Assembly: GCA_963704905.1 (NCBI GenBank)
Contig: CAVPHZ010000001.1
Location: 131,438-195,437 of the forward strand
Source of the DNA: Candidatus Chisholmbacteria bacterium
GTDB lineage: Bacteria > Patescibacteriota > Microgenomatia > UBA1400 > Chisholmbacteraceae
Direction: 5' to 3'
Length of the DNA: 64,000 nucleotides
The notes beneath the pieces were generated by a model, which ran no database searches, had not been told where the DNA came from, and was given only the letters and a program-made list of their open reading frames with translations. Position numbers and translations under genes: made by a program. Shown here in pieces: positions 10,039-20,303 of this stretch (positions are counted from its first letter, which is position 1; each line of letters starts with the position of its first letter).

Positions 10039-10049
10039 TTTGTTGAGAT

Positions 10050-11054
10050 TTAGATCTCTTCAACAGAATTGTTCTTATGCTGGAAGCGCTCTGAGTTGTA
10101 GACTTCTTGAAGAATCAATCTGATCACTAAAAAAGTTGGTACTGCCAGTATTACACCTAGGGTACCTGCTAACTGAAAGCCTATCATAAGTGAAATGATT
10201 ACAATGAGTGGCCTTACACCAACAGCTTTTTGCATTACTTTCGGTACGATGATGTTATTTTCAAATTGCTGAATTAAGAAATACATCGCAATAGTTGCAA
10301 CTGCTGTAATCGGAGAACTTGAAGTTGCGATTAACACCGCAGGAACCATTGATAACGTTGGTCCGATCCCTGGAATAATCTCAAACAGACCCGCTAGAAT
10401 CGCCAAGGGAAGGGCAAAGTTTACCTTTAAGAGTAACAATCCAATGTACGTTAACACACCAATAAGCAGCATCAGCGTAAGTTGACCTCTTACCCAACCT
10501 CCAATCTGATGTTCAAGTTTGTCAATAAATTGTTCGATTTCATTTTCAACTTTTTGATTCCCAAAGAAAAACACCAGATGACGGTGAATATACTTTCTTT
10601 CGGCAAGTAAATAGAAACTCAGTACAAATAGCGTAAATGCACCAATGATGTTTGAAAATGTATTTATGGCTACTCGGGCGACATTACCCGGAAGTGATCC
10701 GAGCTGGTCACTAATGACTCTTTGGTCAATGGTAGGTATCCCGAGTTTTTGAGCAATTATAGGTGTTTGATTTACTAAACTGCCGGTTTGAGAAATAAGA
10801 GGCGGGATAATTGAGGCAATAATTCCAGAGAATATTACAAAAATACCTAAAAATAATATCAGAATTGAGATTCTCCTGGGAATTTTTATTTTTTCCATTG
10901 CGGTTACAACTGGGTTAAGCGCTGACATGATGATGAGAGAAATAAAAATCGCTAACAAGACTGAGCGGATCTCAAAGAGTAACCATAGTGAAAATATAAA
11001 TATCGCTGTGAAAACGATGGTTTTATAGGAAATTTCAACACGAGTTCGTCTCAT
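10050..11054 (-). CDS. AI-2E family (PerM/UPF0118) transporter
   Basis: 334 aa, about 8 TM, typical AI-2E architecture and N-terminal pattern. Confidence 0.55.
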   Translation of the reverse strand: MRRTRVEISYKTIVFTAIFIFSLWLLFEIRSVLLAIFISLIIMSALNPVVTAMEKIKIPRRISILILFLGIFVIFSGIIASIIPPLISQTGSLVNQTPIIAQKLGIPTIDQRVISDQLGSLPGNVARVAINTFSNIIGAFTLFVLSFYLLAERKYIHRHLVFFFGNQKVENEIEQFIDKLEHQIGGWVRGQLTLMLLIGVLTYIGLLLLKVNFALPLAILAGLFEIIPGIGPTLSMVPAVLIATSSSPITAVATIAMYFLIQQFENNIIVPKVMQKAVGVRPLIVIISLMIGFQLAGTLGVILAVPTFLVIRLILQEVYNSERFQHKNNSVEEI

Positions 11055-11066
11055 ATCTTAAACACC

Positions 11067-12051
11067 TCAAGCATCACTATACCATCGCTTCACTTTGTCT
11101 ACAACCTGTTGTTTGTAAGATGGATGATTGACATCAAACCAGAAGATTTGTTTATTTGTTTTAAACCAGGTTATCTGTCGGCGGACGTACGCATGTTCAT
11201 CGTTTTTCCAATTTGAAATAACTGATTCTCTGCTGGATCTGTGCTCAACATATGGCTTCCACTGGCGATATCCCATCGCCGACATGGATGGGAGATCAAA
11301 TGTGTATCCTTTATTTAAGTAAATTATTTACCTCTTCCTCAGCGCCTTCCCTTAGCCTGCGTTCAACGCGATCATCTATCCTCATAAATAAATATTTTTT
11401 CTCGGCTGTTAATCCGATCCACAACGTTTTATCTGCACTTCGAATTTTTTTTAATCTCACATGTTTTCCTTTTTCTTTATATTCAGAAATTTCGATTGCC
11501 CTGATGAGTCTTCTGGGATTTTTCCGATCTGATTGATTCATTGTCTGAAATCGTTCTGATTCTATTTGTATTAAAATTTTTTGAAGATCTTTAACAGATT
11601 TATTCGAGAGTTGATCTCGTAATTTCTCGTTTGGGGGAATGTGTATTGTGTCTATTGATCTCGTGATTGCTTGCAAATATAACCCAGTTCCACCAACAAT
11701 AATAGGGAGTTTATTTCTTTCCCAAATATCATTAAGCACTACAGTTGCGAAGTTAATGAAATGAGCGACGCTGAATTCTTCATCTGGATCTACAAGGTTA
11801 TACCCCCAGATCTTGGTGCTATTGTTGAAATAAGGGATACCTTTTCCACCCCATTGGAGATGTGAAGTAAGGGGTTTGAAACTTTTTGGGATATCTTTCC
11901 CAGTCCCAATATTCATACCTTTGTATACCTGGCGAGAGTCAGCAGAAATAATTTCACCGTTGAATTTTTTTGCAAGAAGCAATCCTAGAGATGTTTTTCC
12001 GGTTGCTGTGGGGCCACAAACAATGAGAAATTTTTTCATTCGATCAAACAA
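11067..12051 (-). CDS. miaA: tRNA dimethylallyltransferase MiaA, split by an apparent frameshift near 11310-11330
   Basis: P-loop CGPTATGKTS. The AMGYRQ and RRQITWFK MiaA motifs lie in the downstream 72-aa frame. 246+72 aa equals normal MiaA length. Confidence 0.8.
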
Positions 12052-13210
12052 TTATTGGACGCTGATTTAGGTTATCTTTGTTGATTATTTGATCCAGAAT
12101 CTCCCAGCGTCTTTTCTTCTCTTGAGGAGAAATGTCATCTTTAAAGATTCTCCAGGCGGCTGTTCCAGGACGAGGGGAATATTGCGCAACGAAGCCAACT
12201 TTCCAGTCAATTGTTTTTGCTAACTCTACTGTTCTTTCAAAATCCTTCCGGGTTTCTCCTGGAAAACCAACAATGATATCCGTACCGATTACAACATCCG
12301 GCACTTTTTTGCGCAATTTTTGTACTAGTTTTATGTAATCTTCTCTTGTATATCCACGGTTCATTCTTTTGAGTACTTTATTGCTTCCTGATTGAACAGG
12401 GAGATGTATATAGCGGTCTATTTTATAATTATTAGCAATTTCATCAATGAGTTCATCATGAAAATCCCAGGGATTGCTGGTTATAAAACGGATAATTTTA
12501 ATTCCATTAATTTTTGAGATCTGTTGAAGTAATTGTACAAATGGAGGTGTGCCGTTTGGTTTTAGATATTGACTTTGATTGGTCGGAAGATCTTTACGTT
12601 TAAATTTATTATCCCTATCCATGAGAAGTTTACGAAAGCCAATTCCGACTTTCTCAAGTCCCCATGAGTTAACATTCATTCCTAAAAGAGTTACTTCTGA
12701 ATACCCCACCTTAGCGAGTCCATTTATTTCTTCAAGAATATCTTTCTCTGGTCTACTTTTTTCACGCCCGCGTGAGTAGGGCACAATACAAAATGTGCAA
12801 AATGAGTTACAACCAGTTGAGATGGGTACCCAAGCGTGGTTTTTGTCTTTACGTATTGCTTGAGAATTAAACCCAACTTCCCCGACAGGCAATATTTCAT
12901 CGACAATTGGAAGCAGTTCGTAGATCTTCGTTTTTCCATGATGCGTCATGCAACCGGTAAAAATAATCTTTGGTTTTTTCTTCTTTGACTTAATGAAGTG
13001 TAGTTTTACATTTCTTAAGAAACCTTGGGCTCGATCTTCTGCTCTTTGCCTGACTGCACAAGTGTTTACCACAATTTCATCAGCAGATTTCCAAGACTTT
13101 GCTGGTTGATAACCACGGGCGTGATAATCTCCCTCAATTCTTTCTGAATCTGACTTATTCTGTTGACAACCAAATGTTTTGATGAAGTATGTTTTTCTTC
13201 TGGCTTTCAT
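12044..13210 (-). CDS. miaB: tRNA-i6A37 methylthiotransferase MiaB (radical SAM)
   Basis: MTTase N-terminal Cys triad (FGCQQN...NTCAVRQ...TGCM) and radical SAM GCNSFCTFC. Adjacent to miaA. Confidence 0.85.
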   Translation of the reverse strand: MKARRKTYFIKTFGCQQNKSDSERIEGDYHARGYQPAKSWKSADEIVVNTCAVRQRAEDRAQGFLRNVKLHFIKSKKKKPKIIFTGCMTHHGKTKIYELLPIVDEILPVGEVGFNSQAIRKDKNHAWVPISTGCNSFCTFCIVPYSRGREKSRPEKDILEEINGLAKVGYSEVTLLGMNVNSWGLEKVGIGFRKLLMDRDNKFKRKDLPTNQSQYLKPNGTPPFVQLLQQISKINGIKIIRFITSNPWDFHDELIDEIANNYKIDRYIHLPVQSGSNKVLKRMNRGYTREDYIKLVQKLRKKVPDVVIGTDIIVGFPGETRKDFERTVELAKTIDWKVGFVAQYSPRPGTAAWRIFKDDISPQEKKRRWEILDQIINKDNLNQRPIIV

Positions 13211-13264
13211 AATCTGTTCATTCTACCAGACGTTTGACAAGATTTCTTTGATATAATTGCTAGT

Positions 13265-13930
13265 ATGAAGAAATCACCTATCAATATCACTAAAATAACT
13301 TCTAAGAGATTGCGAAGTGGAGACTATAAAGACGTTCTTCCTGAATATTATGCGTTAAAATCTGTATCTGAAACAAATCCCTGGCATCTTGATCAAAACG
13401 TGTTCGATCATGCTGTGGCAGTGTTCGATGGACTCGAAAATGTATTGAAACTTGGATTTCTTCCTACAGGGAATAAAAGAGCGGTTGCTTCGTATTTAGA
13501 GAAGAGTGTTGGTAAACATTCAAGAAGAGAGTTATTGACAGTTGCGACGATTCTTCATGATATTGCTAAATCATACTTACACATTCAACTACCCGGAGGT
13601 AAGACAGCTTGTCCTGGCCATGAAATGATAGGGGCTTCAACTGTGAAGCGATTTTCAGATCGCTTTGGTCTAAATTCTGAGTCTGAGAAGCACGTAAAAA
13701 AACTTGTACACTTTCATGGTTTTGTAAACGATGTGCTCACGTTGCTAATTAATAATAAAAATTTAGAAAAAATGATGTCCTTGTATGAAGATGTCGTTGG
13801 AGATATTCAAATTGAACTTCTTCTTTTTATGTTTGCAGACATGAAAGGGAGTGACTTCGAACAAGTTGATCCAATGGAATTAAACTTGCGAATAGATGCT
13901 ATTCGAAATGCTCTTATTTATTTAACTTAA
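13265..13930 (+). CDS. HD-domain phosphohydrolase
   Basis: ILHDIAKS HD motif plus upstream His residues. Confidence 0.55.
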   Translation: MKKSPINITKITSKRLRSGDYKDVLPEYYALKSVSETNPWHLDQNVFDHAVAVFDGLENVLKLGFLPTGNKRAVASYLEKSVGKHSRRELLTVATILHDIAKSYLHIQLPGGKTACPGHEMIGASTVKRFSDRFGLNSESEKHVKKLVHFHGFVNDVLTLLINNKNLEKMMSLYEDVVGDIQIELLLFMFADMKGSDFEQVDPMELNLRIDAIRNALIYLT

Positions 13931-13960
13931 TGCGAGTTCTTTAACTAATAAGATTGTTTA

Positions 13961-14647
13961 CTAATTATTCCTCAGCATTTCAAGGATTTCATTTCGGTTT
14001 TTTAAGCTTTTCAAAACAAAGTCTGATTTTGCTTTAAGTAATTGTTTAATCGAATAATTGCCGGTGGCTACGCCTACTGTTTTCACCCCTGCTTCTCTAC
14101 CGGCCTGTATATCCAATGGAGTATCTCCAAATAAAAGTGTTTCCTTTGGGAGGATTTTCAATTCGAACTTTTTAACTGCTTTTTCAATTGCAATCTCAAC
14201 TAGTTTTGTTCTAATCATGTGATCGCTGCCAAATCCACCTATCTTAAAATATTTGTTCAATCCAGCTTTTCTCAATTTTCCTCTTCCAATTTGTTCTAAG
14301 TTTCCTGTTACTAGCCCCATGATTATTTCTTTTTTTGACAAGATTGCTAATAGCTCAGGAACTCCTTTTAGTGCAAATATTCTTTCTCTTGCAACTGATT
14401 CTTTGAATGCATGTACCATTTCAGCCATACATTTGTCCATGCTAGCAACTACTTCTTTCCTTTCCAGTTTTTCTTTCATTAGTACTTCCAAAATAATCTG
14501 TTGATCTGTCATGCCATGAGGATTTATTGTAAATATGTTCGTTTCTATTCCATATACTTTTTTGAACGCAATTTCGAAAGATTTCTCGTGAGATGAGGAG
14601 CTCTGAAGTAGAGTCTTGTCGATGTCAAACAGTAGTAGTTTAATCAT
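13961..14647 (-). CDS. HAD-superfamily hydrolase (phosphatase)
   Basis: N-terminal LLLFDIDKTLL (DxDxT motif I) and C-terminal GDTPLD motif IV. Confidence 0.7.
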   Translation of the reverse strand: MIKLLLFDIDKTLLQSSSSHEKSFEIAFKKVYGIETNIFTINPHGMTDQQIILEVLMKEKLERKEVVASMDKCMAEMVHAFKESVARERIFALKGVPELLAILSKKEIIMGLVTGNLEQIGRGKLRKAGLNKYFKIGGFGSDHMIRTKLVEIAIEKAVKKFELKILPKETLLFGDTPLDIQAGREAGVKTVGVATGNYSIKQLLKAKSDFVLKSLKNRNEILEMLRNN

Positions 14648-15332
14648 AGTGCTGATTCAACTCGAATGTATTAAGGATTCTCCTGCATGTCCCGTTTGGT
14701 CCTGATTCTACCAGACTTATGCTATCTACCTTTGTGAATATATCTAACTTGTTGGGGAGAATATTAAGAGCCTCCTCACATCTCAGGTAATCAGCAGGAC
14801 GAGCGACTGTGACGTGTGGTTGAAATTCGTCCATGACAAGAATCATCCCATACTTTCTCAAGTATTCTTTCATCTTCTTGGTTGTTCCTGGCAGATGAAG
14901 TTCATTTTCGTTAAATAGTCCATCTCTAAGAGAGTTCAACACCTTGATAAGTTTCTCATGAAAAGCTTGCAATTCATCAGAGATATCGGCGGAAACAAAA
15001 ATTGTTCCGGCAACAACACTTTTTGAAGTGAAGCGTATATGAAATGGTTTCGTGTTTTGAGCTATCTTTTCAAGATTTGCTTCTATCATTTCGTGATTTC
15101 TCTTAGGAAAGTTTGTTGAATAGATTGTCATGTGAGGAATCATATCTTCCATATTCAGACTAACTTTTGACGGAACTACTCTATTAATCTGCTTACTCAG
15201 TTTGATGAATAGATCGTTTACATCTTCATTGAAGATAACTGCGATATTTCTTTTGATTACCTGTTTCGTCTTCATGCTTGCTATGCTCATTAACTTGAGG
15301 CTGAGGAATATTTTGTCAGCGCAAAGTTCCAA
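14640..15332 (-). CDS. 2H phosphoesterase family protein (LigT-like 2'-5' RNA ligase / cyclic phosphodiesterase)
   Basis: Two H-x-T-x motifs (PHMTIY and PHVTVA). Confidence 0.55.
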   Translation of the reverse strand: MELCADKIFLSLKLMSIASMKTKQVIKRNIAVIFNEDVNDLFIKLSKQINRVVPSKVSLNMEDMIPHMTIYSTNFPKRNHEMIEANLEKIAQNTKPFHIRFTSKSVVAGTIFVSADISDELQAFHEKLIKVLNSLRDGLFNENELHLPGTTKKMKEYLRKYGMILVMDEFQPHVTVARPADYLRCEEALNILPNKLDIFTKVDSISLVESGPNGTCRRILNTFELNQHYD

Positions 15333-16099
15333 AACTTTACTGAACCCAATAAAAATACCAGTGAAAAGATGAGTGAAAAGGCAATCCAGCTTGGTGTGAG
15401 TAAAGCCATAACTGCTTTTGCTGGAAAGGTAAAGATCACAGCTATGGGGATAACGAAAGTGAGGAGCGCACGAATTGCATTTGAATAAATATCAATTGGA
15501 ACCCGCGACATCATCGATAGGTCGCGAAAGATCATGATCGTATGATCAACTTCTGTAGTAATAACACCTACTGACGCTACAAGAATATGGAAGGAAAGCA
15601 CAAGAATAAACCCGCTTATACTAACGAGAGCAAAAGCTGAAATATTTGTAGTGGCCATGTTCATTACCTGAAAAATAAAATACACAATAATAACTATGAA
15701 TAAGGGAATATCCAAAAAGTCAGTGTGCCGAGCCATTACTTGATATAGCGGGTTTAAGGGTTTAACTAAAATGTAATCTAAATTTCCTGAGACAACATAA
15801 TTTCTGAACCAATATATTCCTCGGAAGAAGATTTGGCCAAATAAATCAAAAATATTAAACACTAAAAAGAAGGTAATCAGCTGATCGAGCGAATACCCTG
15901 CTACTCTCTGGACTCTGTCTTCCAAAACCACAAGAAACCAGATAAAGAAGAAGAAGCGGATAAATTTTCCCAGTACAAACATGAGTGAGGCTGGACGGGT
16001 AGCTGTAAGTGATTGAAAGGCTAAGCTCGATGCCTTCAGCCAATACCTCAAGTATTTCCTAGCAATTTGAATAGTGCTTTTATCTTCCATATGCTCCAT
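15290..16099 (-). CDS. ABC-2 family transporter permease (paralog 6 of 6)
   Basis: About 265 aa, 6 TM, C-terminal ...ALTKYSSASS tail shared with paralogs. Confidence 0.65.
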   Translation of the reverse strand: MEHMEDKSTIQIARKYLRYWLKASSLAFQSLTATRPASLMFVLGKFIRFFFFIWFLVVLEDRVQRVAGYSLDQLITFFLVFNIFDLFGQIFFRGIYWFRNYVVSGNLDYILVKPLNPLYQVMARHTDFLDIPLFIVIIVYFIFQVMNMATTNISAFALVSISGFILVLSFHILVASVGVITTEVDHTIMIFRDLSMMSRVPIDIYSNAIRALLTFVIPIAVIFTFPAKAVMALLTPSWIAFSLIFSLVFLLGSVKFWNFALTKYSSASS

Positions 16100-16889
16100 A
16101 GATTTTTAATCCTTTATTCCACACCGATTTTGATACCACCGCTAATGCTATTACCCAAACGATCATGGAGCCTAGTATTGTTGCAATATGTATCAAACCA
16201 ACTCTCCCTAAGTAGATTTGCATTGGATGGAAGAGAAAGTACGCTGGTGGGAGGAACTCAAGCACTCGTGCAGCTTTTTCGGGAAAGATATCCAGCGGAA
16301 ATAATCCTCCTGATAGGAACTCAATCATGATGACTGCGAGAAATCGCGCCGGCCAACCATTATGTTCGGGATACCAAAATGTTATTGAACTAATAAGGAA
16401 ACTTAGGAAAAAGTACATGAGCATCGCTACTACGCTGGTTATTACAAATGCGGATAAAAAGATGGGATTGGTTTGCAAAAAGAGCGGCGGCTGAAGAATG
16501 AAAATGATTAAAGCCAACTCAACAAAGACGAAGATAGAATTGAGCGCTTTATCAGCTAGGTCTTTTGACATCCAATTGGCGAAATAATTAAGTGGTCTAA
16601 TTAAGAAGTTATTCAAATCCCCACTGGCAATTTCCGCGCCGATATCTTGACTTCTGGAAGCTAATACAAATGATCGTAATACTGAAGTACCAAGAACATA
16701 GGTTAGGATTGTTTGTTTTTCATACCCGGCAAAACTACCGCCTTCTTTGAAAATCGCAAGCCAGAGAAAATAAACAACTAATAGCTGCAGAATTGATCTT
16801 ACCCTCCACATGATGAAATTCAGCCGATATACAAATCCGTTTGCCCAGGAGATTTGAAGAATCTGTTTGTATTTTCCAAGAGCTCGCAT
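16080..16889 (-). CDS. ABC-2 family transporter permease (paralog 5)
   Basis: 269 aa, multi-TM, same architecture. Confidence 0.65.
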   Translation of the reverse strand: MRALGKYKQILQISWANGFVYRLNFIMWRVRSILQLLVVYFLWLAIFKEGGSFAGYEKQTILTYVLGTSVLRSFVLASRSQDIGAEIASGDLNNFLIRPLNYFANWMSKDLADKALNSIFVFVELALIIFILQPPLFLQTNPIFLSAFVITSVVAMLMYFFLSFLISSITFWYPEHNGWPARFLAVIMIEFLSGGLFPLDIFPEKAARVLEFLPPAYFLFHPMQIYLGRVGLIHIATILGSMIVWVIALAVVSKSVWNKGLKIYGAYGR

Positions 16890-16892
16890 TGG

Positions 16893-17891
16893 TTATGACT
16901 TTTTTTCTTCGTTTTTAAGCTTTCCTGTGAAGACTTCGCGGATGATGGCTTCGATTGGAGGTTCTTCGATAGTCAGGTCAGCTATGGGAAATTCGTTGAG
17001 GAGTTTGGCTGCTTTTTTTGCGGCTTTCTCTCGTGGAACGTTGATTCTTGCTTTGGGAAATTCGTACTCCTTGACGTCTCCGAATTCGGCAAGTTTTCTG
17101 ATGTTTATGGACCTTGAAAAGACAACTGTAAGGATTTTGTTTCGGGCAAATTTATCAATGACATTTTGCAATTTTCCATCAAAGAGGATCTTTCCTTTGT
17201 CAATGATAATCACACGCTCGCAGAGCTCTTTGACGTCGTCCATGTAGTGACTGGTAAGGAGAATGGTTGAATTAAATTCACGGTTATAGTCTTTGATGAA
17301 ATCACGCATGACTTTTTGCATGACCACATCGAGACCGATGGTCGGTTCATCTAAGAACAGCACTTTAGGATTATGAAGTAAGGCAGCAATGAGCTCGCAC
17401 TTCATCCGCTGTCCGAGTGACAGTTTTCTTACTTGTACTTTGAGTATGTCTTTGACATCTAAAAGATTCACTAACTTGTAGAGGGTTTTTTGGTATTGTT
17501 CATCAGGAACCTCGTAGATTTCTTTGTTTAAGATGAAGGTTTCCATGGCGGGAAGATCCCACCAGAGTTGATTTTTTTGACCCATGACTAGTGAGAATTG
17601 CTTTTGAAAGGCAGGTTTTCTATCCCAAGGAGTGTAGTCAAGAACGCTAATTTCTCCACTGGTTGGATAGAGAAGACCTGAGAGAACCTTAAGGGTTGTA
17701 GTTTTTCCAGCTCCATTGGGTCCAATGAAACCTACCAGCTCACCTTCGCCGATTTTGAAGCTGATGTCGTCCACGGCTTTTACATCGTTGTACTTTCGAG
17801 CAAAGAGCGATTTGATTGAACCTTTCAAACCTGGCTCTTTTTCATGCACTCGATAATATTTTTTTAAGTGACTCACGGATATTAGCGACAT
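16893..17891 (-). CDS. ABC transporter ATP-binding protein (uncharacterised ABC-2 system ATPase)
   Basis: Walker A GPNGAGKTT, signature LSLGQRMK, Walker B LFLDEPTIGLD. Confidence 0.85.
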   Translation of the reverse strand: MSLISVSHLKKYYRVHEKEPGLKGSIKSLFARKYNDVKAVDDISFKIGEGELVGFIGPNGAGKTTTLKVLSGLLYPTSGEISVLDYTPWDRKPAFQKQFSLVMGQKNQLWWDLPAMETFILNKEIYEVPDEQYQKTLYKLVNLLDVKDILKVQVRKLSLGQRMKCELIAALLHNPKVLFLDEPTIGLDVVMQKVMRDFIKDYNREFNSTILLTSHYMDDVKELCERVIIIDKGKILFDGKLQNVIDKFARNKILTVVFSRSINIRKLAEFGDVKEYEFPKARINVPREKAAKKAAKLLNEFPIADLTIEEPPIEAIIREVFTGKLKNEEKKS

Positions 17892-17922
17892 AATCTCCTT
17901 ATTGTATCAAGTAAATCTTATA

Positions 17923-18711
17923 TTATGAACTGGCACTTGAGTAATGACGTATAGCAAAGTTGAAGAATTTTCGCATGATTAAAAAGAGTACTCCAGAGAA
18001 GATAAGGAAAGGAATGATAAATAATTGATCCAATTTCCCAAGAACAATTTCTGCTGGAATAGCCGCAACGAACATGATTGGAATTACAAATGTAAGAATA
18101 ATCCTCATTGGTGCTGGAAATGCGGCTCTAGGAAACCTTGCAGGTCCCATCACTGTAAAGATTAGATCAGTAATGTTTTCTAGTTTTTGTAACCAAAATA
18201 TCGGTGTAACTATGATCATTTCTATACAGAATCGAATGAATGCTGCAGCTGGTATTAATATGAGCAAGGTAAATAGAATACTTCTGTCAATGCTCAGCTG
18301 ACCCAACCATAGACTATATCCAAGCAAAACAACTCCAACAGTCAGTTGAGATAGTCTGTCAAAAGCTACTCTTCGAGTCGTTGAGTAAAATAATGTATCG
18401 ATTGGTTTTGTAAGATAATAGTCAAATTTACCTGAGTTTATTAATAATGAAAATCTCATGATATTTTTTCTTGTAATAATAGACATAAAAGCTGATGCTG
18501 TTCTAAATATTGCATAAATTAGATACACTTGAGATTTTGTCCAATCAGCAATTGTCTCTGTTTGGAGAAATATCATTTCAAACGCAAATATTGATACCGA
18601 AGCCCAGCCAATTTCAACCAGAATTTGAGTTAGAAAATTACCTTTAAATTCCATTTCTCTGATGATGCTATTTCTGGCAAATTCTAGCCATAGCTTAAAA
18701 TAGCGTTTCAT
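17923..18711 (-). CDS. ABC-2 family transporter permease (paralog 4)
   Basis: 262 aa, multi-TM, C-terminal ...AIRHYSSASS. Confidence 0.65.
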   Translation of the reverse strand: MKRYFKLWLEFARNSIIREMEFKGNFLTQILVEIGWASVSIFAFEMIFLQTETIADWTKSQVYLIYAIFRTASAFMSIITRKNIMRFSLLINSGKFDYYLTKPIDTLFYSTTRRVAFDRLSQLTVGVVLLGYSLWLGQLSIDRSILFTLLILIPAAAFIRFCIEMIIVTPIFWLQKLENITDLIFTVMGPARFPRAAFPAPMRIILTFVIPIMFVAAIPAEIVLGKLDQLFIIPFLIFSGVLFLIMRKFFNFAIRHYSSASS

Positions 18712-19506
18712 TTATCCTCCAACAGCTGAATATCTCGTAAGCCCTCTCTCCCATAAAAATCTTGCGCTAATAGCAAATATGGCTAGCCAAGCGAATTGAA
18801 TAGCAAAGCCTGTCATCATTTCTTGACTGTTTACTGCGCCAGCTATGATTTCAAGAGGGAATACAGCCAAATATCGAAATGGGAGAATGTTTGCGACCGC
18901 TCTGACACCTAAAGGAAAAAGAAATAAAGGAATTACTCTGCCACCTAAAGTGAATTTTGAGATGTCAATTAAATTTACAAACGATGTTACTTCTTCAGTC
19001 CAAAATCCTAAGAGACCAACAATCGTCTCTACTAGAAAATTGGTTGCTGCACTCAATAACAACGCCGCTATCGTGAATGCTAGCATAGGTATTGTTACTT
19101 TTATGTTTGTAGAAAATATCACTCCACCAAAGACTATCATTGGTAGAAGAAATATACTTTTCACCGCTTTTTCTGCTAAGTTGTTTGCGATATCAAAGAT
19201 AAATGGATTTGTTGGTTTAACCAGATACATATTCAAAGATCCAGTTCTAATTTTTTCAGCCAGAAAAGTACCTCCCCAGGCTGATGTAAGTAGGCTGATG
19301 AGAGGCAAGAGAATGTAATAGAGTGTTAGCGTTTCTTCTTTGGACTGCAAGCTTGGAGTGTGTTGAATAATCGTCTTCCATACGAAGAGCATCGTCAGTG
19401 GAAGGAAGAACAGGTATACCATCCAAATTGCCAACATCCCCGGGTACATTAAAGAGTGTTGCCATTGGGCTTTGAGAATGATCCAGAATTTCTTAATCAT
19501 ATTCAC
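18712..19506 (-). CDS. ABC-2 family transporter permease (paralog 3)
   Basis: 264 aa, multi-TM, C-terminal ...GLTRYSAVGG. Confidence 0.65.
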   Translation of the reverse strand: MNMIKKFWIILKAQWQHSLMYPGMLAIWMVYLFFLPLTMLFVWKTIIQHTPSLQSKEETLTLYYILLPLISLLTSAWGGTFLAEKIRTGSLNMYLVKPTNPFIFDIANNLAEKAVKSIFLLPMIVFGGVIFSTNIKVTIPMLAFTIAALLLSAATNFLVETIVGLLGFWTEEVTSFVNLIDISKFTLGGRVIPLFLFPLGVRAVANILPFRYLAVFPLEIIAGAVNSQEMMTGFAIQFAWLAIFAISARFLWERGLTRYSAVGG

Positions 19507-20303
19507 GAGCTCGCACTTCCATATCGCTTGATTGCTATCTTAAAAAACCAGCTACTAAACAATAGAGAGAAAATTGCAAAGAAAATAAGAGTAGCAAAAA
19601 GTAACATTGAGGGCTTTCTTAACAAAATCTGAGCGGGTACTGTTGTGATAAGTGTGGCTGGAATGACAAAGGTGAGAAACCCTCGTAATAATCCTTTATA
19701 AAACGGCTGCGGAACTCTCCAAAAATGCCTTAATCCTGGGAAAAGAAAGTGTAAATTGTCGATTCTCTCAAACCAAAAAGCTGCACACATCGTCGTAAAC
19801 CACGCGCTGTACACATAAATGAATGCCAGAATCACTGATGCAAATCCTAGAATTACTTCAAGTAGAGTTGGTTGAATACTTCCAAGTCTTAGCGCATAAA
19901 TGATTGTTCCAAGACCAAAGATTAAGCTGTTAAAATCGTCATTACCTATATGCTTGAATGAGAGAAGAAATTGTTGATTGATTGGCTTGGTTAATTCAAG
20001 GTCAAGCGTGCCTTTATTTATTTTCTCTGGTATTTGGCGCATGTTTTGCCATAAGATTCCCCAAAGTAGAAAGTCGAACAGAAAATAGAATCCTAGTACC
20101 ATGTACACTTCATGTTTCTGCCAACCTGCAATAATGTCCACGTTTAGGTATATGAATTGATAGAACAAAAGATTCAATATGAACCATCCAACTGTGACTA
20201 ATGACCAGGTGATGAAATTTTCTTTGTACATCATTGCTCGAATGTAAGCGTATTTTGCAAACAATAAATACAATTTCAGGTATCGTCTCATGTTAACTCC
20301 CAA
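19503..20303 (-). CDS. ABC-2 family transporter permease (paralog 2)
   Basis: 266 aa, multi-TM, C-terminal ...AIKRYGSASS. Confidence 0.65.
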   Translation of the reverse strand: MGVNMRRYLKLYLLFAKYAYIRAMMYKENFITWSLVTVGWFILNLLFYQFIYLNVDIIAGWQKHEVYMVLGFYFLFDFLLWGILWQNMRQIPEKINKGTLDLELTKPINQQFLLSFKHIGNDDFNSLIFGLGTIIYALRLGSIQPTLLEVILGFASVILAFIYVYSAWFTTMCAAFWFERIDNLHFLFPGLRHFWRVPQPFYKGLLRGFLTFVIPATLITTVPAQILLRKPSMLLFATLIFFAIFSLLFSSWFFKIAIKRYGSASS

